DNA from: Candidatus Aenigmatarchaeota archaeon
GTDB lineage: Archaea; Aenigmatarchaeota; Aenigmatarchaeia; QMZP01; QMZT01
Assembly: GCA_026397315.1 (NCBI GenBank)
Contig: JAPLVC010000001.1
Span: forward strand, 167,742-231,741
Direction of reading: 5' to 3'
DNA: 64,000 bases
The position numbers were made by a program, and so were the translations under genes. Position 1 is the stretch's first letter. Each line of letters begins with the position of its first letter. Shown here piece by piece: positions 49,901 to 58,000 of this stretch. Under the pieces are notes generated by a model. It worked only from the letters and a program-made list of their open reading frames with translations, was not told the origin of the DNA and searched no databases.

Positions 49901-51084
49901 GTTTCCAGCCGTTTGGTAAGGGAAGCGTTGAACTGAACCAGCGACGAGGCGAGAGTCTTCTCCCGTCGTTCCTCTCCGGACTCTATTTTCCTGTCTACTA
50001 GCGATATCAGCTGCTCCATTTCCTTTTTCGTTTCAAGCAGCTCGGACCTTAGCGTCCCGAGATTCTTGTTCCACTGGTATGCGGTCGCTTCAGTCTGGAC
50101 ATTCATCTTCTTCGTAAGCTCGACAAGAAGAGTATCGAATTCTTTCGATTTCGACGCGACGAAGTCGCGGGTATCGACTTTAGCCTTGCCCAGCGTCTTT
50201 TCCAGATCTATCCTGAACCTGTTCAAATCGCCTTGCGCGTCGACCACTTTTTTCTGCAGGTCATCGGAAAGGCTGGCGAACCTCTCCTCGAGACCCGCTG
50301 AAAGCATCTCTAGCGACTTGGACATCTCCTTGCTTTTCTTGATGTCGAGGCTCTCTATCGTTTTTTCCATGGCGATCATGGATCTGGCGAAATCAGTCTT
50401 CGTTTTGTCTAGCTCCGCAGTCGCCTCGGCCAGCGCGTCGCCGAGCTCCTTGGCCTTCTTGATGTCTACCTTCTCCATCTCGTTGTAAAGCGCGTTTGAC
50501 TGGCGCTCGAATTCTTTCTTGAAGTTGCCTATCGAATTCGCGACGCCCAGCTTCAGCACGCTGAACTCGTCCTCGATTTTGCGGGTGTCCTCGCCGAATT
50601 TCGCCTTTATCTCCTCGACCTTTTCCCCCAGCTCCTCGGAGCCGAAAGTCTGGACCGTCGAGATGCGCCTGGTAATTTCATCGTGACTCTTCTTCACCTG
50701 GTCCAGCTTGACAGAAATGGTGACCTGCTTTTCCTCGGCCTGCAGCATGTCCTTCTTGAAGCTGCCTATGATAACCTCGAACTCGTTCATCCGCTTTAGC
50801 GACGCGCTTATGTTCTTCTCGTATTCCCTGGTCCTCATGGCGAGGGCTTCGAATTCTTCTATCTTGGCCTTGATAGGTTTGACATTCTGCTCAACAAATT
50901 CAGTAAGGCGCTTGCCCGACTCCTCGTAAAGCACGCCGGCCTGCTTGAGCTTTTCAATCAGAAAGCGGTTCCTCTCCTCAAGATATTTCTTCTCGTTTTC
51001 AAGTTCCGTGATGAACCTCTTCTTTTCCAGGGTTTCCTTCTTGAGGCTCCTCATCACTTGCTCGAGTTCGGTTAGCTCGCTCAT
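46921..51084 (-). CDS. Giant repetitive coiled-coil protein (1387 aa)
   Basis: Nearly Pro-free helical sequence with internal repeats; no Walker motifs; ATGA overlaps at both ends. Confidence 0.88.
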   Translation of the reverse strand: MSELTELEQVMRSLKKETLEKKRFITELENEKKYLEERNRFLIEKLKQAGVLYEESGKRLTEFVEQNVKPIKAKIEEFEALAMRTREYEKNISASLKRMNEFEVIIGSFKKDMLQAEEKQVTISVKLDQVKKSHDEITRRISTVQTFGSEELGEKVEEIKAKFGEDTRKIEDEFSVLKLGVANSIGNFKKEFERQSNALYNEMEKVDIKKAKELGDALAEATAELDKTKTDFARSMIAMEKTIESLDIKKSKEMSKSLEMLSAGLEERFASLSDDLQKKVVDAQGDLNRFRIDLEKTLGKAKVDTRDFVASKSKEFDTLLVELTKKMNVQTEATAYQWNKNLGTLRSELLETKKEMEQLISLVDRKIESGEERREKTLASSLVQFNASLTKRLETETAQIYARMDDMGGSIDQVKEDVEKKTMDSEKELSKFRVDLEKTLGRAKVETRDFTAAKTKEFDVLITQMKAKVDKQVQDSAAAWDANLGALRTELLTSKKEAEKLIGTIDRKVELGEERREKKIETGFASMQALMTKKVEAETDALNAQIDDISRNVDNNKAELSKTVDLLGKAFDKSEIKRQKDIDKVIKEFMVVKGEVDEKISEVSLELDKFSKMADTLRKQIVKESLAGVHEKTQAIFEEMEKKFELVEDGLVDKIASLESDFDEFNTGFQATVTNLKAETDKKIEFLQKEFDKRDVVKDREAAAYSKTLQKDVDSRFAAFEGKTDNRLKAAEDEITSLMKATDNFTVDLSEKFDSIIQAKTKEFGKEVKSLVLDMKAMEKDVGLVISTFKSDVEKSEVKKAKEIDRMLKEFIAAKGKIDEKLEDVDKRIAEFSLIKKELKKEIYTESLSGVQERVKDIVAGIDERFGASKDEMENKLAELMKGTDARIREAEANITSFRVELEKTVGKLRLDVDKVTGKKTDETDRIVAGLRRDFEERVKIVNAEILENFEEMKAEVLALKGQYEKSATFIRKEFEAGELRRSEKAEKAKLALDKEFKLKLDDFAVKTDARTRTLEIDMKALRSDIVAVVDKIRLEVDKITGKKTGELDKVVVALRADVETTVKAITDDISAGLNAARAEVAAVKKQFEAAEAKREDKTDRTRAAIEREFKARFGEYSAGLDSRVKVLETDNKTMSKGLAEITGQLKDKFDEIIAEKTDDFELSMEETVEKAEKARRDVEALAEGLKGKFQTGEAQRRKETDKYLKELMILKGEMTKRMKDVDAAINAFAGIKNSFKNEIIKENTVMVDGKLASLNENKKRDIVDSKASLKTEIDEMHVFVSKAVEKVGRLSEKIDGMKEDIYTVKKARTLVLDDVKSLGRTLDENNMARMNNFLKEMEKRLRTQEQIIGARMADVEKKIGAVSEHVSRTKKEKEAELDELLKHVES

Positions 51085-53018
51085 TCGCTTTTCAACTCTT
51101 TAAGAAGTATATTTATCTTGTCCCTCTGCCTTCGGTTCTCATCCTCGAATTTCTTCCTGTCGGCAAACGTCTGTTTAACAATGGTATTGAACTCGTTGAG
51201 AGTCTCGTCGAGCTTGCTGCCCGCAGCTAACAAACGTTTGTCCATATCCTTCTGGCGGAGCTCTATCGCCTTCGTCCATTCAGCGAGCGAATTTAGGGAT
51301 TTGCGCATCTCGGCGAGCTCGCTCACATTCCCTTTAAGGTCCTCGTGACGAGTCTTGAGTTTCTCGAGCTTCGCATCCGTCTTGGCCATCTCGTTCTTCA
51401 GCAGCGTGAGCGTCGGGTTTATCACGTTCTGGAACTGGACGAACTCCGCCTCGAAATCCTCGAACCTGTCGTTCGTCCCCTTGGTGAACTTGGCAATATC
51501 CGTGTCCATGTCCTTGAGACGCGGGCCGGATATGGTGGTGAACATGTCCTTGGCGCGCTCCTGCAGCTCCTTCTGGAACTCGGCCTGGTTGACTTTTATC
51601 TTCTCCACCCTGTCGTTCGTCTTCTCTATCCCCTCTTTCATCAGGGTGAGCGTCGGGTTGACGACGTTCTGGAACTGGACGAACTTGGAGAGCATGTCGT
51701 TGACCTTCGCCCTTGATACGGCGAGGTGCTTCTCCGTCCTGTCTTCAATCTCGAGAATCTTTTCCTCGGTCAAGTCGTCGAAATAGTCCTTGGTCTTGGC
51801 CTCGAGTTTTGCGGTGAACGCCTTGTCGAACTTGTCTATCCTGTCGTTTATGATGTCCGCCTTCTTCTGCAGCACGGCCTCCAGCTTGTTGACAAGCGCT
51901 ATCAGATTCGCTTCCTTTTCCTTGAGCTTGTCGTCCAGCCTGTCCTTCTTCGTCTGCAGGTCGGATATGTAGTCCCCGAACTTGTAAAGCGTCTTTATCT
52001 CGGTCTTGAAGTAATTGACTTCGTCGAAAAGCCTCTTGATGTTCTCGGCGCCCTTTTCTATGCCGTCCTTGACGCTTTTGATGTCCTCGAAGACCGGCGT
52101 GAGTTCCTTGCCGAGCTTCTTCTCTATCTCGTTCGGTATGATTTCACCGGTTATCTCGTCAGCGGAAAAAATGAATTTCTTGAGCTTCTCTATGTTGCCT
52201 GGGCCCATGCGTTCGATGAGGCCTTCGAGCTTCTCCTCGAATGTAGGGAAGCGTTCGAGGACCTTAATCTGCTCCTTTATCCTCGTTATCCTGGTGTCCA
52301 TCTCGTCCTTGAGCTCATGGACGCTTTTCTCGACGTCCTTCACGCTGCTCCTCATCTCGAGCAGGTCGTTCTTTATGTCGACGCGGCCGCCGAAGACTGA
52401 AAGGCCTTTCGAGACCTCTTCCTCTTTTCTCGGCTGGTCCATCCTCTCGACGAGCTTCTTTATCTCGTCCTGCAGGTCCACCATTTTCTTCGACGTCTCT
52501 GCCTGGACGTTGTCTATCATGTCCTTGACCTTGCTGCCCATCTTCTCCGGTTTCTCTGCCTTCGCCAGCTCCTCCATCTTCGTTCCCATGGCTGTGATGG
52601 CGCTGTGGACGTCCTTCATCTGGTCCTGCATCTGGCTTTTCATCCTGTTTTCGGCGTCTTTCATTTTAGACTCGACGTCGACTGACTGCTTTTCATTATC
52701 TTCTTCAGGCATATTTGACACCTTCTCAATTATTTCAGCAAGGCTTCTTGATTTTTCGCGCTCGTGCTCCAGTTCTTCTCTCAACTCATGCGCATCATCA
52801 TTATGCTTTTTCTTCTTCGGTTTCTCGTCTTCTTCGGATTCTTCCGGTTGTGCCGGGCTTTCGGCGCTATCGTCCGTCTCGTCGTGCGTCTCGTCGTGCG
52901 TCTCTTCCGAAGACTCTGTATCAAAATCGCTTTCAGGCGTGGCTTCGCCCTCGCCGCCTTCGGCGGCTTTCCCCAGCGCCTCCATGCCTTCGAATTCCTC
53001 ATTTTTCTTCTTGGACAT
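51081..53018 (-). CDS. Coiled-coil protein (645 aa) with acidic disordered N-terminus
   Basis: E/D-rich head; repeated FVQFQNVxNPTLTL. Confidence 0.88.
   Translation of the reverse strand: MSKKKNEEFEGMEALGKAAEGGEGEATPESDFDTESSEETHDETHDETDDSAESPAQPEESEEDEKPKKKKHNDDAHELREELEHEREKSRSLAEIIEKVSNMPEEDNEKQSVDVESKMKDAENRMKSQMQDQMKDVHSAITAMGTKMEELAKAEKPEKMGSKVKDMIDNVQAETSKKMVDLQDEIKKLVERMDQPRKEEEVSKGLSVFGGRVDIKNDLLEMRSSVKDVEKSVHELKDEMDTRITRIKEQIKVLERFPTFEEKLEGLIERMGPGNIEKLKKFIFSADEITGEIIPNEIEKKLGKELTPVFEDIKSVKDGIEKGAENIKRLFDEVNYFKTEIKTLYKFGDYISDLQTKKDRLDDKLKEKEANLIALVNKLEAVLQKKADIINDRIDKFDKAFTAKLEAKTKDYFDDLTEEKILEIEDRTEKHLAVSRAKVNDMLSKFVQFQNVVNPTLTLMKEGIEKTNDRVEKIKVNQAEFQKELQERAKDMFTTISGPRLKDMDTDIAKFTKGTNDRFEDFEAEFVQFQNVINPTLTLLKNEMAKTDAKLEKLKTRHEDLKGNVSELAEMRKSLNSLAEWTKAIELRQKDMDKRLLAAGSKLDETLNEFNTIVKQTFADRKKFEDENRRQRDKINILLKELKSE
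51406..51685. repeat. Intragenic direct repeat (about 40 bp, 240-bp period)
   Basis: GTGAGCGTCGGGTT...ACGTTCTGGAACTGGACGAACT at 51406-51445 and 51646-51685. Confidence 0.85.
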
Positions 53019-53037
53019 TCATAACCCCCAGGACAAG

Positions 53038-53304
53038 CTAGCCCAAATCCTCGATCAGCTTCTCTACGACGCTCTCGTTTTTCCGGACCTTCTTTTCAAG
53101 TTCTGCAATCCTTGAATTAATGTCCCCGAACCTCATCTCAAGCTCTTTGTTCGGGTCCGTGCCCAGATCTTCGAGGTCGCGCTTGAGTTTTTCGGGGATG
53201 AATTCCGGTTTTTCCCTCTTTCCCGTATATTTTATTCTATATATCTGATATAATAAAAAGCAAATCACGGCCAGCAATACCACTACCGTTATTTCATACA
53301 GCAT
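53038..53304 (-). CDS. Small protein with N-terminal TM helix and short coiled coil
   Basis: ITVVVLLAVICFLLYQIY followed by basic residues and heptads. Confidence 0.8.
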   Translation of the reverse strand: MLYEITVVVLLAVICFLLYQIYRIKYTGKREKPEFIPEKLKRDLEDLGTDPNKELEMRFGDINSRIAELEKKVRKNESVVEKLIEDLG

Positions 53305-53332
53305 ATAGATAATTTCTCCCAGTTTCTATAAA

Positions 53333-54115
53333 TTATTTCTCGGTGCGTTTTGGCCTGAAGAATTCGAGAATTCCGGAGAACATGCCCTTCGGCTCGATGT
53401 ATTCTTCGCCCACTATCTTGGCCGCGAGCCTTACGAATTCCTTGCTCGATGGCGAATTGGGCGAGAAAAGGACGACTGGCATCTTGAGCGCCAGGCTGCG
53501 TAGCACGTTTTTGTCCATGGGTATCGTGGATATCACGGGCAGCTCTATAAGCTCCTCGACTTCCTTGTTCGTGAGCTCGTATTTGTCCTTGCCCACCATG
53601 TTGAGCACGACGCCGAGCGACTTGACGCCCATCTCATTCGCCACCTGGTGACATTTTATGATGTCCATAGTTGATGGAACGAAAGGTGTGTTGACAAACA
53701 CGACCTCGTCCGCTGCTTTGACTGTCGCCATCGCTTCTCTTCCAAGGCCGGGCGCAGCGTCGAGAAGTATGATGTCCGCCTTGCCGAACAGCTTCTTTAT
53801 CGTGCTCTTCAGCTTGGCTATGTCCACCCCCTTTAAATCGCTGAACGAGAGCGACGCAGGGATGACGCGCAGGCCGTGTATGTGATACTGGTATATCGCA
53901 TCGTCAATGTGCGCGTCGCCTGTGAGAACCTGGTTAAGCGTGACCGGCGTGTAATAAAGGCCGAGGTAAAGGCCGAGATGCGACGTCGATATGTTGCAGT
54001 CGATGACAATGACGTCTTTCTTGAACTTCTGGGCGATGACCGAACCGAGATTCGCCACAACAGTGGTCTTGCCGACCCCGCCCTTGCCTGAGATAATGCC
54101 TATTACCCTTGTCAT
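53333..54115 (-). CDS. minD: MinD-family ATPase
   Basis: Deviant Walker A SGKGGVGKTT, LLDAAPGLG, GVVLNMV; C-terminal amphipathic helix GMFSGILEFF. Confidence 0.93.
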   Translation of the reverse strand: MTRVIGIISGKGGVGKTTVVANLGSVIAQKFKKDVIVIDCNISTSHLGLYLGLYYTPVTLNQVLTGDAHIDDAIYQYHIHGLRVIPASLSFSDLKGVDIAKLKSTIKKLFGKADIILLDAAPGLGREAMATVKAADEVVFVNTPFVPSTMDIIKCHQVANEMGVKSLGVVLNMVGKDKYELTNKEVEELIELPVISTIPMDKNVLRSLALKMPVVLFSPNSPSSKEFVRLAAKIVGEEYIEPKGMFSGILEFFRPKRTEK

Positions 54116-54183
54116 GCTACCCTCTGCGTATACCTTGTTTTTATTTCTTAAATTCTTGCTTTTGCGCTAGCGCCTCTGCAGGC

Positions 54184-54840
54184 TTACCACTTCAGCGCGC
54201 ACAGCATCCTGGAAAGCTCGTTCTCATCCTTCACCAACACAGGGAAATCTATCGCTTTTCTGAGTTGTCCGTCTATCGCTCGCATGTAGTTCAGCAGGTC
54301 GCGCTCAGTCGCTAGCGCAATCGACGTGGAAATCATGCGGAGGACGACGTCTGCCTCGTATTTCTTGCAGAACATCCTGAGATTAGAGAAAAGCACGTAA
54401 AGGAATATGTCCACGAATACCTGCGGCCCGTATTTGCCCACCAGCTCCTTGTCGTTCCTGTAGAGAATTTTGAGATTTTTGACATCGAAAAACACGGAGC
54501 GGTATTTCTCCATGAATTTCTGCACTGCCGCCCATTTCGTCCTCAGCAGGAAGTCGGGAAGCCAGTCGCCAGCGCCGCTGGCCGGATATTTCTGCAGTAT
54601 GTAGCCCGGGACCCACTTGAATTCGGCTTTCAACCGTTTGCCCGTTTTGGTTATGTAGTTGTCCCTTATCATGGACCTGAAGAGCGGGCCTTTAAGCCCG
54701 ACCTCGTCGTGGTAGAGGTAATTGGTCTTCACGTCCCACGTCGTCTGTATCTCGAAAAGCGAGAGTCCCTTCTCGCTGCCGCAGTTTATCCATATGAGCC
54801 AGAAATTTTTGTAGTCCGTTATCCTCTGTTTCGTTTTCAT
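54184..54840 (-). CDS. Hypothetical protein leading the minD operon, possible N-terminal winged helix
   Basis: 218-aa ORF with TATA-like TATTTATATA about 30 nt upstream; LSLFEIQTTWDVKTNYLY segment. Confidence 0.7.
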   Translation of the reverse strand: MKTKQRITDYKNFWLIWINCGSEKGLSLFEIQTTWDVKTNYLYHDEVGLKGPLFRSMIRDNYITKTGKRLKAEFKWVPGYILQKYPASGAGDWLPDFLLRTKWAAVQKFMEKYRSVFFDVKNLKILYRNDKELVGKYGPQVFVDIFLYVLFSNLRMFCKKYEADVVLRMISTSIALATERDLLNYMRAIDGQLRKAIDFPVLVKDENELSRMLCALKW

Positions 54841-55003
54841 TTCATCACAATGTAAAATTGCCCCGATACTTATATAAATATACTATTCTTGAGGCGTTAT
54901 AAAATACCCACCCCCCGTTCCGGAACATTAACCGTTTGTTATGCCGCGAAAAAAATGACTAAAGATTTTATACAAATATACTATTTATAAAAACACGCTA
55001 ACT

Positions 55004-58000
55004 CTATTTGAAAGCCGCCTTCTTTTTGTCGATGGCCACCAGCTTCTCTTCATTGCGCCTCTTCAGGTCGGCATACGCGTTTTCAGAAATGAGGCCTTCC
55101 TTGAACTCGCGCTCGAGCAGGCCGAGCACGCGTCTCACATTCGCCTCTTCTTTCTCGAATGTCTCCTTCTCCTTCATCTTCTCTACGAACACGGACGCTT
55201 TCGCCGCGCCGGCCGCGCCTGGCACCTGCATCCTGAAAACCTTGTCGAAGACGCCTCTCATCTTCTTGACCATGAACAGCAGCGCGCCTATCACTATCGC
55301 CAAGATGACGAGTATGATTATGAGCCACGGAGGGATTATAGTTTCCATGAGTATCTCGGTGAACGGTGCCTGGGCAAGCAGGTATCTCGCTTTCTCAAGT
55401 ATGCTCCATCCTGTGTGGACCGCGCTGAGCGACTCGTCATACATCTTCTTCTCGAGATAGTCTTCCGAGAGCCTTATCTGCTCCTTTATCTGGTCGACAT
55501 AGGGAAGGACGTCTTTCACGTTTTTGCCGGCCTTTTGTGCGTTGGCTATGTCGGACTCAAGCTCCTGCACCGCCTTTGTCAGCCTTTCTATCTCCCAGCG
55601 TATAAGCTCAGCCCTGGAAGCGAAAAGCGTGATGGAGAACGACTTCTGGTCTTTCGCTGAGCTGGAATTGGCCGTTATCTGGCCCACGTATTCTTTCGTT
55701 TCCGCGGTAGGCGGGATTTTAAGCGTTATGGTAAAAATGGTGCTGTTGCCCACGCCAAGCGAATCCACGACCTTGGGCGATATGTCCTGTATCCAAGGCG
55801 ATGGTATGCCCGATATTTTGATCGTTACGTTGTAAAGTTTGCTGCCGCCGGAGTTCTTGACCTCGATGGTCGGGTATTTTACCGAGTCGAGCTCCATGCC
55901 TAACTCCTGCGGGTATTTTATAATCTCTATTTTCGGCGGCAACGATGGCGCGCCTGCACCTGCGCCTTCTTCCGCAGGTCCGCCTGCAGGCGGCTGGGGC
56001 GGCTGCGTCCCGCCTTCCACGACAAGGAAGCTGGAGTTTGCCGTGGCGACGGGTTGCGTCGAGTCATAAGTCACTTTCGCGTTTATGAAATACTGTCCGA
56101 GCGGCTGGCCTGAAACAACGTAAAGGCTCCTTATGAGCGTGCGGTTGGCATAGGCGTTTATCATAAGGGATTCGGACCTGTAATCCCAGGTCTGGTTCGC
56201 TCCGGATATCCAGTATTCCAGAAGCACGTCCGGCGTCGTGCCGCCCATGTTTATGAGAGTGAGCTCGAAGTCGGCATAGTCCGACCTCGTCACCTCGGTG
56301 TCGAGCATGTTTATGCTGACGTCGTATGGACCACCTGTCGTTATGCTGAATGGAATCATGTCCCACGCTTCCTTGTCACCGTTGCCGACCCTCATGACTG
56401 CAAGGTATGTGCCTGTGAGCGTGCTGCTGCTTATGAGCTCGTTATAAGTGTAGAAGCACGTCATGTTCTGAGTCATGTTGCTTTTGTGCAGAACTCTCCA
56501 CGTCTGCGGCGTGTAGCCCTCGGTATAATATATCGTGATATCGATTGTTTCCGGCTCGCTGGCCATGCACTCGCCGTTGTCAAGTATGAAAACGCTGATG
56601 GGCATGACTTTCTCCCTGTAAACGTAGTAGGGTATGCCCAACTCGGCCTTGACCTTGCTCGCGTCCCTGACTTCAGTCGGGAAGGATGAAGTCGCGTTTA
56701 TCATCTTGTTGACGCTGGTCTCGTTGTATGTCCCGTTCGCCGAGAACGTGTAGTTCCCGAGGATGGCGTTAGTCGGAACGAGGTATAAGGCTCCCGCATC
56801 GCCGTTCGCGTCCGTGACGAAGGTCCTGCCGTTCCAAAAGTAATAATCCTTGTTGCCGCCGTTCGGGTCCACGAAGCTGATGTTAACATTCGCCCCGGCG
56901 AGCGGTGTGCCGACCGCGTCGCGCGACTTTATGCGCACCTCAAGCGAGTCGCCGCGGTAGGCGTATCTGGTCGTGTTCAGGTCTATGAAAAGCTTGTAGT
57001 AAATGAAAAAGCTGCTGTTGATGGTATTGTTCTTGCCACGATTGTCGACGGCGTAAATGGTCACATTGTAATAGCCCTTCAATGTTGTGTTGCCCCATAT
57101 TCCCGGGTTCAGGAAATAAAAAGGGTTTTCTGGATAGCTGACGTTCCACTTCGTGATGCCTCCGCTGGCGGTGCCGGTGAAAGTCATCATCACGGTACTG
57201 TTGACGCCGTCTGGTCTTGTAACGGTCACTGTCACATTAGAGTCGGTCGCATTATATCCTATGCCGGCGCCCGACTGGTCCGTGACGTTAACGTATATCC
57301 ACGTCTCTCCTAGCTGCTCTGTTATGTTTGGCGTAAAGCTCATGGAGAGGCTGGGCTTTATGAACGGGTTGAGCACGACCTGCAGTACGGTGTAGTTCGG
57401 TGACGAGCCTGCCTGTATGGCATCGATGGTGTAGTTGGCGTAATAGAACTTGATGGTTTGGTTGGTTATGTTGTATTGAACGAAGAGCGTGTAATTGCTG
57501 ACATTTGCGACGGTGAAGTTGACAGCGCTGGTCCACGTGCGGTTCAGCATGCTAGAGGAGCTGGTGGCGGGTATGATGGTGAAGTTTATGTCGACGTTGC
57601 CGGTGTTGTTTACCAGAACGTCGCAGGCGACGCCCTCTTCAGGTGACATGACTTTCTCGCAATATGTCGTGTTGAGCGTCCACGTTCTCGACGTCGGGAC
57701 GGTTATGTTGACCGCGATTTCCTTGTAGCCGCCGTTTGCGCTCGTTACATTTATCAGGCCTGTGTAAAGTCCGGGAAGCGTGCCTATCTTCGCAGTAACG
57801 TTGACCATGACTCCGCCAGGGTATTCTCCGCCCAGCGATGCGACGTCCGACGGGATGAAAAGGAACGTGAAGTCCGGGCTGAAGTTGGAAGCGGCGAAAG
57901 CGATGGTCTCGGACGGGTCGTTGCCCGTCGAGTTGAGCGTTATGTTGCCTATGTGCACTTGCGTTCCATGAGTCACGTTCTTGACTATCGAATCGGTGGG

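Noticed and set aside
45731-53018. SMC/Rad50 or phage tape-measure annotation for the coiled coils
   Set aside because: No Walker A/B, signature or zinc-hook motifs, and no viral genes in the neighbourhood.
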